This document shows positions 53,031 through 64,000 of a stretch of 64,000 bases of DNA, piece by piece; the stretch's first letter is position 1; every line of letters starts with the position of its first letter. The notes below the pieces were generated by a model that made no database searches, was not told the origin of the DNA, and saw only the letters and a list, made by a program, of their open reading frames with translations. The stretch lies in the NCBI GenBank assembly GCA_022605425.2, contig JAKIMF020000004.1, forward strand, positions 248,001 through 312,000. Direction: 5' to 3'. The position numbers and the translations under genes were made by a program. The DNA is from Hamiltosporidium tvaerminnensis FI-OER-3-3 (taxonomy: Eukaryota; Fungi; Microsporidia).

Positions 53031-53312
53031 AATTCTCCTGTAAATCAGACATTGAGTAATGAAACATTGAATTATTAGGGTTTATGGAAGAATAAAAGAT
53101 TAGTGAATTTTGAATTATTTGACTCTTTAAAACTTTTCTCTTGTGAAAGAGGAATATACCTAGAAAAAACCAGTACATTGGCTAACGACAGAATAATTGA
53201 GCACTCTATCTGTTCCTCATCTACAGAAAGAGATGAAAAAAGATCGGAATAAGCAAGCAAAGAAAAGTTTATAAAGCTATAATTAGGTATAAAAATATAT
53301 TCAAAAGAAATT

Positions 53313-54086
53313 TTATTTTTTTCCTGAATCTGCTACATCTATTTTTTTTGAGGGAATGAACATTATATAAAAGACAATTTGCAAAATATAACTAAGTATC
53401 ACAGTAAATACAAACGATATCAACATTCTATTATGTATTTTTTCTAAAGTAAATGAGAAAAATTGTTCAAAAAACTTTTCATATGAATTTTCTGCAATAA
53501 CGAACAATTCTTCAAACGTAACAAATGAAAGCACAGTACCTACTACTGCAAATACAAGTGCCAAAATATATCTATAAACATATATGTACAAAAAATATCC
53601 CAGCACACCAATTATCAACAACATACTCGTTTCTAAAAATTCTATATCGTCAAAAAAATTAAAATTTTTATATATCAGACTAATTAATATCAAATAAGAT
53701 AATATTAGTATTAATTTCTTGATTCTTAAGCACATATATGAAATACAGAACGATAATACAAAGATACTTATCCAAAACCCAATAGAATGGTTTTTTACAG
53801 ATTCAATATAATTTGTAAAAATAGATAATGAAACTATTTTTAAAATCAATCGCTTTGCATTCTTGGAATTTTCAATAAAAATAATTAGATTTCTAAATTC
53901 AGTAAATAAATACAGATTTAACAAAAATGAAAGTGAAACAAATAGTGTAGAAACACCTAATACCATCATATAAACAGATATACTGTTTATAAATATAAGT
54001 AAGATTGTTTTTTCTGTACCTGAATATATTTTTTTTACCAAATGTAAACAATTCAAAGGAAATCCAATCTTATATTCGGTTGACAT
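53313..54086 (-). CDS. Hypothetical polytopic membrane protein (257 aa)
   Basis: Long ORF with about 7-8 hydrophobic segments. Confidence 0.75.
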   Translation of the reverse strand: MSTEYKIGFPLNCLHLVKKIYSGTEKTILLIFINSISVYMMVLGVSTLFVSLSFLLNLYLFTEFRNLIIFIENSKNAKRLILKIVSLSIFTNYIESVKNHSIGFWISIFVLSFCISYMCLRIKKLILILSYLILISLIYKNFNFFDDIEFLETSMLLIIGVLGYFLYIYVYRYILALVFAVVGTVLSFVTFEELFVIAENSYEKFFEQFFSFTLEKIHNRMLISFVFTVILSYILQIVFYIMFIPSKKIDVADSGKK

Positions 54087-54297
54087 ATCTAATTGGTGTT
54101 TTGTTTATTTATATACAATAAATTTAATTAAAATCTTTAATTTAATTTAAATCATTGTAAAAAATAATTTTAGTATAAAATATTATGTTTATAGTAGATT
54201 TAGAAAGATCTTTAATTTATCTCTCAAAAAAAAATAAAAACATATTTATAAGATATTTGTGTATTTTAAAGAAATGTGATTTAATTTATCTCACAAA

Positions 54298-54412
54298 AAA
54301 CAAAAAATAAAAAGAATCTTATGAGATATTTGTATATTGTAAAGAAAACTGATTTAATTTAAATCAACAAAAAATAAAAAGATTCTCATAAGATTCTTTT
54401 TATTTTTTGTTT
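54298..54412. repeat. 29-bp perfect inverted repeat within a short tandem array
   Basis: 54298-54326 is the exact reverse complement of 54384-54412. Confidence 0.9.
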
Positions 54413-55671
54413 ATTTATATATATTGAATCATATCATTAAATAAATAGAGCCTTTAATTATTTATATTTTTGTTGTACAAAATTTAATTTATCATTTCAA
54501 AACAAAATGTTAAAAAAGATATATAATGAGTACAAACACTTAATAAAAAGAAATCTAAATTGTAAAAAAATACGAAAGGTTTGAATATTTAAAATAAATA
54601 AAATATTTTTAAAAGTAACTCAATGATGTCCTACATAAAAAATATTCCAAAAAAATTTAATTCTTTATTATTTTAATCAGGATTAATTCTAATATTTAAT
54701 TTGAAAATTCTTTTAGAATATTTTTTTAAACTACAAAAAACCTGGATTTAAAGACTGATATAATATTTTTACTGATGTAAGTATACAGTACAGAATTTTA
54801 GTATCTAAAGAAAGTAGCAGAAAAAATTTTATTAGTTCTACAAAAATAATTTATAGTTACAGGTTTCTACTTTTCAAAAAGACTAGATCTAAATACATAT
54901 AATTGTTTTACTGTCAGAATTAGATGTAGCTGGCTTTATTCTTAAAAACTAAACTATCTCGAGAATAATAAAAATCTGAGGTAGAAGTTTTAAACCTTAG
55001 AGATTTTGATCTTAAGTATTATTACAATATTCAGGTATTGAACAATAAATTCTAAACTTGATTTGCAACTATCATATTTTTATAAAAATGGCACCTGTCA
55101 AATTGTTATACGAATTTAACTTTCATATAGATTTAACAACAATAATTATTTTTAATACTTTTTCGTATACTCTACAAGACCTAGATTCCAAAGATTTTCG
55201 TCTAAAAAAATGTATAGAGTTCATTTAATAATGATAAGGATGCTTTAATTTCGATAAAATCGGTTGTATGGGTGGAATAGAAATCGAAATCTACCTTTGT
55301 GTCGCATTAGAAACGACAGGCTTCTCATTTACTCTGAAATGGCCGACTAGATAAACATATAATTAAGACATATCTCGGAAAATTACATGAAGTTAACCTT
55401 GACCTTACAATAGTATACCAACAGACATAACCTACTACTTAACTTCACTAACTATTAAAGGAAAAAGTTTGGTTTTTTTATCTCTCAGACGCTGGCCAAA
55501 TCTTATGATCTGTATGAGACAAGCCATATCCCATATTTTAATGCCGAAATTACCTACAACTTTAGTTGTGTTTGCTATCTAGTCACATAAAAAACACAAA
55601 ATATATTTTGGGAAAGGTTATTGTTGTTTATAATTTCTCTCTTTAATAAATTCTCTTCGAACGACTTACAA

Positions 55672-56451
55672 CCGTGGTTCCCAACAGGATGTATGGGAAG
55701 GTATTTTTTTGAGTGCGTGAGAGGCATCTGGAAAAAAAATAAGCTCATAAAGTAATTAATACTGTGGATTTTTTACATTAAAATACAAATATGCAAAGAC
55801 TAAGAATAAACTAAAAAAGATATGCGAACGAAATATTTCGTCGCTATGCCTAAGATCGCTACACATATACAATGAAGCCATGCTCATCGATACTTTGATG
55901 TGTAGAAACAAACAAGCGGATTTTTGTTAGGTACGAGACAACCCTCTCTCTTTCTCTCTGTCTGAGTCTACTATTATGCTCCTTCATCAGTTATTCAAGG
56001 AACCTCTTTGAGACAAATACTTGTAACGCAAATATAATTCCGCACGGGAATATTTCTTACCAAGTTTTACATTCTTAATTGACCAGGGAGTCAAGCCGAA
56101 CAAATATTATATCGATCGTAGAAACGTAATTAATTTTCTCCTTGTTTTAAATAAGATACTGTAGAGGTTTTTATGATATTTTTAATAAATTATTTATTTA
56201 AAAGTATCACATCTTTTTAAAAAAAGGGAAAAATTTAATTTTTTTTTTAAAAAAAAAAACCAAATTTTTAATAAAAAAAAAAACACCCCCCCCCCCCCCC
56301 CCCCCAACCCCCCCCCCCCCCACCCCCCCCCACCCCCCCCCCCCCAACAAGGTAAAAAAAAAAAAAAAAAAGGGGCGGCCATTCCCCCGTTTTTTTTAAT
56401 GGCTGGGGGGGGGAGGGGCCACAAACCCCCCCCCCCCCCCCCCCCCCCCCA

Positions 56452-56486
<35 letters not shown>

Positions 56487-56706
56487 AAAACAAAAAAAAA
56501 AAAAAAAAAAAAAAAATTTAAAAATAAAACCACTTAAAACAAAAAAACCAAAAACAAAAAAAAAAAAATAAAACCCCCCCCTCTCCCCTCCAAATTTTTT
56601 TTTTTTTTTTTTTTTTAAAACCCCCAATCCCTAAACCCTTTAAAAAAAAATAAAAATACTTATTTTTAAAAACTAAAAATAAAAAAAAAAAAAAAATTTT
56701 AAAAAA

Positions 56707-56751
<45 letters not shown>

Positions 56752-56810
56752 AAAATTCTAACCCCTCCCCAAAAAATAAAAAAAAAAAAAAAAAAAAAAA
56801 AAAAATAATT

Positions 56811-56867
<57 letters not shown>

Positions 56868-58842
56868 AAAAAAAAAAATTTTTTTTTTTTTTTAATAAAT
56901 AACTTTATTTAAAAATAAATGAATAATTAAATATTGTAGAGAAATCTATTTAAAAAAACGCCAATGATACGATAAATATGCTGAAATTAGATTTTCTTGT
57001 GCTAAGATGAAATATTTTCTACAACTAGTTTAATGTATTTTAAATTCCTAGATATGTCAAAACAGCAATCCAAACCATCAAAGTTTTAGAGAATTTTAAC
57101 AATTTGCATGGTTGTAAGAGTACCTGTAGCACGGAAAGTTCGAACTAAAAAACTCTTTATTTGATACCGGAGGTAATATCTTAAAATTTTGCGCTTCAGC
57201 AATTTAGAAGCTTTCTTTAGAGGCGTACTGTAAAGTGGCATATCTGTGGGTAAGGAAAAAAACTCTCATGATCGCTTAAGAATGGATAGATACATGCGCA
57301 CACAAAGTGGTTAGAAAATTATTTAATTACGAATCCTATGATATAATCCAGAAGATGCCGTTATAGAATTGATTAATTCGATCGCGAATTTAAAATCGTA
57401 CAAAGATATTTTACCGCAGATAATGAATTACATAAAAGCAGGTCCACTAAATAATGTATACAATTAGGTGAGTCAACTGATGTGGATAATTGCAGCCAGC
57501 TACTACTATTTGTGCGATATGCAAGAAAAACGAAATGATGGAATAATTTCTTTTTTGCGAGCGACTAGTGTTAACTTGGGAGGAATGAGTGCTTTTAATA
57601 ACATGAAAGATTTTTTTAAAATCAATTACCTTTGCATGTAATAGCCTCTATATGTACTGATGAGCTAAGTAATTTTAGGCAAAGATCCTTGAAATTTTTA
57701 CCAAATGAAAAGGGGATTAACGCAAGTATCAATAGCATATCGCATGTGACATAACTATACATTTGCCTTAAAAACTTTGCCACGAACGTAAAAAAATCAC
57801 TCAATTGCTGCCATAAACGCAGTAAAATATACCTGTGAACGAGCATTTAAATATCTAACTTTCCGTTTCATGTGTTAAGAAATTGGTTCCGCTCAGACCG
57901 TGATTCTATATCACAATGAAATACGATGGCTTTAAAAAACCGCATGTTTAGGTTGGTTTTTTAATTGAAGATTTAAATTTCTCAGTTAAAGACTAGCAAA
58001 ACTGTGATTCAGTAAAGAGTTCTGAGGGCAAAAACGATATTCATAGACTAGCCTAAATAGCCGATATATAGCCATTTAAATGAATTAAACATATGAATCT
58101 AAGATTTGGTACAAATATATAATATCTAGTGTAAAATTATCTTTTTTTATTGGAAAACAAAAATTTGGGTATTTTGAGTGAAAATTGGGAATTTTGCAAA
58201 TTTTCCCTTACTTGATTCAATTGTAGAAAAATGAAAAAAATCCAATTATAACCGACATTTTAATGTATTTTAAATCATTTAGAAAGTCATTCCATGGATA
58301 TTTGTTCGCCGAAATTTCACCAAAACTCAAAAATAGATACTGAATGCAATTCCTTACAATCTAGTTTCAATCAATAATTTGATTTTAAAGAACAAATTTT
58401 ATAGAAAATCGAGAAGCATTTTCAAATTGAATTTGAACAATTATATTTACAATGATTTTAGTGTACAAGTTATAACGTTGTCTACAGTTGGCAAATGAAA
58501 CAATGGGCTTACTTCTACACCTTTTTCTTATTTACTTATGTGAAGTAGGTTTTTCCTCACTTTTGAAGATAAAAACCAAAGCGAAAAATACTTTGATGAA
58601 AGTTATGACTTACGCGTCTCTCTTTCGAAAAAAGGGCGTCACTTCATTAATATTATAATGAACAAGCAAACAATCTATTCATTAATAAAATATTATTTTT
58701 ATATATTTGATATATAATATGTATATTTTTTTTTAAATAAACAACAAATTCGCAATATATCGATACACTTTTTCATTGAAGGTGCGGAGACCAATTTTCA
58801 GATTGAAAGATGTTCGGCCCATTTACAAGGTTAGGACAACTG
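55672..58842 (+). mobile_element. Decayed hAT (Buster/Charlie-type) DNA transposon
   Basis: QL(G)ESTDVDNCSQLLLFVRY (~57462-57520), KPSK, and dimerisation motif CEVGFSSLLKIKTK (~58540-58580). Degenerate ends ccgtggttcccaac and ggttaggacaactg. Confidence 0.85.
56194..56890. other. Homopolymer-smeared sequence, probably a mis-sequenced copy D of the 710-bp repeat
   Basis: Begins with the exact repeat end tttatttaaaagtatcacatctttttaaaa, then degenerates into long C/A/G/T runs. Length ~700 bp. Confidence 0.7.
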
Positions 58843-59582
58843 GTAAATTGTAGGTGGGTTCCATTTTGTCAAAAATACAAAAATATATTTTTGCTATGAT
58901 TTTACTCAATCATTACCAAGCAGATAGTTTTTAATATGTTACATTACTCAACAAGTCATTTAAATAGTACTATAAACCAATAAAAACAGTATTAATTCAA
59001 ATTATTACGGAAATAAGATATGAATGTCTTTGAAGATTAACATCACAAATAACCTCAGATTCTGCAGTGTAAAAATCAAATCGTTCAATGTACACCAAAG
59101 TGACACTAAATTTTTGTTCAATCTTTGAAGAAACACTTTATTTACTAAAATTGCTAATTACAATCCAAAAAAAGGTTGATAAAATAGCTAATCATGAGCA
59201 GAAACTAGCAAAAGAATTAGGTGACATTTTAAAAATAAAATAGACACATGAAATATACTTTAAACTTAAAGCTAATAAAACAAACTTTAGAGATTTAAAT
59301 AACATCTGTAATATGAAATATACTCAAATCAATTTCTTATTTTAAAGTCAAATAAAGAAATACTAAAAGTACGTTCTCTTCTAAAAATTAGAGTATAAAA
59401 ACACCAAACATATATCTTATTTAGAAGAGAAATACACAAAGTATTAACTTATTGAATAATAGAAGTAAAAAAGAAAAATATATTAAAAGTTAAAACGGGT
59501 AAAATACCCACCATTAAAATACATAAGAAACAACAAAAAAGAAATATAGTTGAAATGTAATTATAAAATATAAATAAATATT

Positions 59583-60437
59583 TCATTTATTTGAAACATA
59601 AAAAAATTCGTAAACACTCGAAGTAACTTCTCCTTCTTCCAGAGAAATATTTCCTTCAACCTTAAAATCTTCATTTAAGATATATTGATTACCTATTAAA
59701 GACCGATTAGTTTTAGAAATATCTTTACCTATTTCAGTATTAATCAATTTATTCCAATTTTCATGAGCTTCTTTTATGACACCAAATGCTATATCTTTAT
59801 TAAGGAATTTACCACCAAAAGCAAAAAGATTTTCTGGTTTGTTATCAGGAACTTTGTAGTATCTAAACCATCTGGTGGTAGCTTCTAATAAACCCGGATA
59901 ATAATTATCGATTTCATCGATATCATTTATTTTAGAAGCATTTTCATCATTAATATCGATAACGATAATTTTCCAATCACATTCTCCTTCATCAAGCAAC
60001 CCTAAACATCCAAGTACCTTGGCACTGTATACTTCACCTATTTTCTTTTGTATTTTACCTATTTCAATAACATCTATAGGATCATTATCTCCATTTAATC
60101 CAGCTAATGGATCACAGGTATCAGGATTTTCCCATGTTTGTGGTAATGCACCGTAATTCCATGGATATCCTTTAAAAGGAAATACATTAGCCACAAATCG
60201 TAACTTATTCTTTTTTATATCTTGTTTAATAGGATTCATCTTTTCTTCTTTCGATATTTCAAATTTGCCATTTTCAAATCTTGGTATTTCATTTATTACA
60301 GATACTATACCATTTCCATTACCGTTAAATAGTGGTATATCATGAAATGGTGATATAATACCCTTTTCATCTGTTATATATAATTTATAATCTGTTGTAT
60401 ATTTTTTACCAGTTTGTTTCGTTGTATATTTTCTCAT
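59583..60437 (-). CDS. IPP1: Inorganic pyrophosphatase (family I)
   Basis: SPFHDIPL, EIPR, NPIKQD, YPWNYGALPQTWE, DNDPID, DEGECDWK, WFRYYKVPD. Confidence 0.98.
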   Translation of the reverse strand: MRKYTTKQTGKKYTTDYKLYITDEKGIISPFHDIPLFNGNGNGIVSVINEIPRFENGKFEISKEEKMNPIKQDIKKNKLRFVANVFPFKGYPWNYGALPQTWENPDTCDPLAGLNGDNDPIDVIEIGKIQKKIGEVYSAKVLGCLGLLDEGECDWKIIVIDINDENASKINDIDEIDNYYPGLLEATTRWFRYYKVPDNKPENLFAFGGKFLNKDIAFGVIKEAHENWNKLINTEIGKDISKTNRSLIGNQYILNEDFKVEGNISLEEGEVTSSVYEFFYVSNK

Positions 60438-60718
60438 AACCCTTCCTTCTTTAAAAATATAGAAATCAAATATTTTTTAAAAAAAATCTGTAAAAATGAT
60501 TGTAAAAGGAGATTTCAATTTAAAAAAACGTTGATTTATCTGAAAATGAATAAATAAAATAATTAATTGTAAATCGAATCTCAAAGGAGATTTTAATTTG
60601 TAAAAAAAGTAGATTTTAATTTGTAGTAAAACAATTAATTGTAAATCGAATCTTAAAGGAGATTTTAATTTGTAATAAAAGCTGATTTTATTATAAATAA
60701 AAAAGTCTATTATAAATT

Positions 60719-60930
60719 TAATAATAAAAGTAAGTAAAAAGAGAATTTATAATTTAAAAAAACACGAATTTAATTGGAACGAGAATAATTTAATAATAAA
60801 AGTAAGTAAAAAGAGAATTTATAATTTAAAAAAACACGAATTTAATTGGAAGGAGAATAATTTAATAATAAAAGTAAGTAAAAAGAGAATTTATAATTTA
60901 AAAAAACACGAATTTAATTGGAAGGAGAAT
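60719..60930. repeat. 72-bp tandem repeat (3 units) upstream of IPP1
   Basis: taataataaaagtaagtaaaaagag at 60719, 60791 and 60863. An older imperfect aaaggagattt triplication lies at 60505-60680. Confidence 0.92.
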
Positions 60931-62098
60931 AAAATCGATAAACTAAACAATGAAAGAATCAATAAAAACATAATTTTTTTGGAATATTATTCTATATGAA
61001 ATAGTATTTTGAAAATTAAAAATTTAATAAAAAAAATTATAGAAAATATAGATCTAATAAAAATTTATAAAAAATAGAAATATTAATCCAAAAATGTAAA
61101 AATAAATTATAAAAGTTAAATTTTATAAAAATTAGAAATAGTAAAGAATATTTTTATACTTTAAATATAAGGAATGAAGATTAAAAATATTTATTACTTT
61201 AAATATATCTAAATATTAATTATATTTATACAATTAAATACTTTTTAAAAAAATTTAAATATTTACTGTTTCTAATAAAGATTTATAGATAAATATAATC
61301 AAAATCTGAATATATTTCTTTATAAAAACAGATTTCTTAATATTTTTTTATATAAATAATATATTTACTTCGATAAAATAATTTCATATTCAAAATTAAA
61401 TACATCTTAAATATACTTCCTCTTTAAAAAAATTTCATTGAATTTATTTGTTTTTTAGTATATAAGTTGGTTATATAATTCTTCTTAATGAAATGTTCTA
61501 ATGATAGATAGATTTAATAGATATAAGAAGAATACTTATAAGAGATTTTGAAGAAATCTAATTAAATAATAGATTGTAATAGCAATTATAGTGTTTTAAG
61601 GCGCGGATTGTTAAAGAATGTATAATAAATCAATAATAAATTAGGAAAGGAAATTCCTGAGTAAAATAGAGTAAATTATTATCTTAATAGATAATAGATA
61701 CATGTAAAGAAAATTTTTATTTGTAATGAATTAAAGTATTTTGATAAATAAATAATAAACCAATGATAAATAAATTTTAGAATGTTTTTATTTAAATTTT
61801 TTTGATTTTAAACAATTCATCTTAAAATTGATATTTTGATAAATTAATATTGATTATTAGATATCATAAATATTAGTTTATATAAAAATATTAATGTATA
61901 TTTAAATTGGGGAAAAAATAAATGAAAATTAAAATAAACTTTGTGGTTTTTTAATAAATTTTTTTGGGTGACGAACGTTCTAGAACGCAGACTTCGTAAT
62001 AAAATGTGATATAAACTTTGTAAGGGAATTCAAAAAGGAAAAAGACTTAGATTCTTAGAATCTCACATACTTAAATAGACGAAAAAAATTGGATTCTA

Positions 62099-63067
62099 AT
62101 GATTTTTATTATACTTCAGATATTTTTAAGCAAATATATTGAGTGTGGTGTAGCTTGTGGATCATCAAGAGATGCAAATGCATATTATATATTTTCAGAA
62201 GAACCAGCAGTTATAGAAATACCTAATCAAGGTCAAGAAGTTATGTTCTCTCAGCCTAGTTCTAATGTTTATGAATATTCTTATAAAGATCCTAATACTA
62301 ATAGTTGGTCTCAGCCTGTTATTGTTAATGTTGGAGACTATCCGAGTCAGTACAGCAATCCAAGTACAACCTATCAGCAACCAACACAGACATGGACACA
62401 GCCAGCTCAGACATGGACACAATCTGCCGAAACTTATACACAACCCACTCAAACATGGACACAACCCGCCGAAACTTATACACAACCCACCCAAGCATGG
62501 ACACAACCTACTCAAACATGGACACAACCTGCGTCTACTTCTACACAGATGACAGCCCAAGCCTGGACACAACCTGCCCAAACATGGACTACACCTACTT
62601 CTACCTCAACACAGTCTGCTCAAGCATGGACTCAACCTACCCAAGCATGGACTCAACCTACTTCTACACAGACATGGGCCAATCCAATGCCAGTTTATTC
62701 TGATATCCAAGGAACACCAATGACATCTGGTGCAAATGGAGAAATCGTAAGTGTAGCTGATTCAAACACATCTGCTGCAATAGTAGGAGTTGGAGCTGGA
62801 ACAGCTGCTGGGGTAACAGCCGCAGGTGCATCTACATCAGGAGGATCATCTGCCGCCATGGATTCGGCAGCAGCAGGAGGAAATGGTTCATCATCAAATT
62901 CAACATCAGATAAAAATGGAAATAAGACCAAAGACAAAAACTCTACAAAAGGAGGTGGATCAAAGAGTAGCAACGGGAAGAACAATATGAAATCTAAGAA
63001 CGGTGCAGGAAGTGCAGTCATTATTACAGGATTGCTTGGAATGATTGCAAGTGCTGTTCTCTTTTAG
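62099..63067 (+). CDS. Putative GPI-anchored surface/spore-wall protein with 7-aa TQP(T/A)Q(T/A)W repeats
   Basis: Signal peptide, ~14 heptad repeats (62375-62680), Ser/Gly/Ala stalk, Lys-rich linker, NGA omega-like site and hydrophobic C-terminus. Confidence 0.85.
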   Translation: MIFIILQIFLSKYIECGVACGSSRDANAYYIFSEEPAVIEIPNQGQEVMFSQPSSNVYEYSYKDPNTNSWSQPVIVNVGDYPSQYSNPSTTYQQPTQTWTQPAQTWTQSAETYTQPTQTWTQPAETYTQPTQAWTQPTQTWTQPASTSTQMTAQAWTQPAQTWTTPTSTSTQSAQAWTQPTQAWTQPTSTQTWANPMPVYSDIQGTPMTSGANGEIVSVADSNTSAAIVGVGAGTAAGVTAAGASTSGGSSAAMDSAAAGGNGSSSNSTSDKNGNKTKDKNSTKGGGSKSSNGKNNMKSKNGAGSAVIITGLLGMIASAVLF

Positions 63068-63927
63068 ATTCATTAAAAATGTACATATTGATTCTATTTT
63101 TTATATTATTTCGCTAATCATTTATTTATTGAAATTTAATATCTATATGATTATTTACATTTATTAATTTTATTTTAAACTACTTTTTTGTATTTTTATA
63201 TCAAATTATTGAACTCGGCGTATCCGAAATTCTTTTTTGTTCCAAAGTTTTTATATTATATATTTCCATCTATTTTACAGAGGCTAAATAAAATTTTTCT
63301 TAAATCTAATCTAAAAATCAATGTATATTTATAGATAAGCTAATTCAAAAAAATGAAAAAAATAGAACAGAAATGAATTTTTTTTGTTTATCTGCTTATA
63401 CACAGGTAAATTTGTTTTTTTATGAATGGTTTTACCATTTATTTCAATCGATATTATGATAGTATTCCTATTAATATATCTATTGCTTCTTAATATTATT
63501 ATTTGCCAACTTAACAAAGCTTATATTCATGTGATATGAAGAAGAAAAAAATGGTAGTTTTTAAACAAAAAGATTCATTTAATAAAAAACCATGTTCTAT
63601 AATTCTACTATTGAAAAGGAAATAAAGAATCAAAGTATATTTAAAAACAGAACGATTATATTTATAAAAATTTTATTCTAGAATTCTATGACTTCAAGGC
63701 GAAATAAACGGTACGAAATATAAAAGATATTTTACATAATTATATGTCTTATGACAAAATGAATATTTTAAAATTAAATTCTAAGCGAGAAGATTATTAT
63801 AATTCAATCTAAATTATGAATGCATCGCAGGATCTTTTTTTAGTTTTAACTTTAATATTATTTTAATGTAAAATTAATGGTTCAATTAAGTTCAAAATCA
63901 ATTATTTCTAAATTTGTTTTTATATCC

Positions 63928-64000
63928 CCCCTTATGCCAAGAGCAGAATCGGCTTGGTGATTCTCTGCTTGCGGTAAGAGGCGACTAAAAGAGGCTGATC
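63928..64000 (+). ncRNA. Candidate U4 snRNA, 5' part (truncated by window end)
   Basis: 5' CCTTATGC and GCTGATC (63994-64000) are complementary to the GCAUAAGG and GAUCAGC segments of fungal-type U6. Between them lies a K-turn-like GCT-TGGT-GA-TT...AA-GA-GGC capped by a G(CTTG)C tetraloop. Confidence 0.6.

Noticed and set aside
54700-55600. Possible leucine-rich-repeat family pseudogene
   Set aside because: Only scattered LxL patterns in broken frames. Not supportable without a search.
56194-56627. Poly-Gly/Phe ORFs and apparent G-quadruplex tract
   Set aside because: Homopolymer smear typical of dephased reads. Treated as a sequencing artefact.
62099-63067. Polar tube protein PTP1
   Set aside because: The hydrophobic GPI-like C-terminus, lack of a Cys-rich C-terminus and absence of an adjacent PTP2-like gene do not fit.

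Overview
Very AT-rich, gene-sparse eukaryotic DNA. The CCC/GGG-like motifs just before start codons, a presequence-less frataxin, a 22-nt GTAAGT intron and Asn-rich 'QQGVNNST' protein insertions point to a large-genome microsporidian (Hamiltosporidium-like; this is inference). Recognisable genes: frataxin, coatomer alpha, a tricalbin interrupted by one in-frame TAA, CDC48, inorganic pyrophosphatase, tRNA-Glu(CTC) and tRNA-Thr(CGT). Also present are a candidate GPI-anchored repeat surface protein, several orphan secreted or membrane proteins and a candidate U4 snRNA cut off by the window end. Much of the intergenic DNA is decayed transposons: RLE-type non-LTR retrotransposons, two stand-alone integrases, a Buster-type hAT and a tiny RTE-derived element. 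Most notable: (1) a ~710-bp dispersed, apparently non-coding element with a modular head and candidate TSDs; (2) the U4 candidate together with a 22-nt intron; (3) housekeeping genes flanked by tandem arrays copied from their own ends, with a 5' C-rich to 3' G-rich skew. Remnant boundaries are approximate and all alignments were done by eye.
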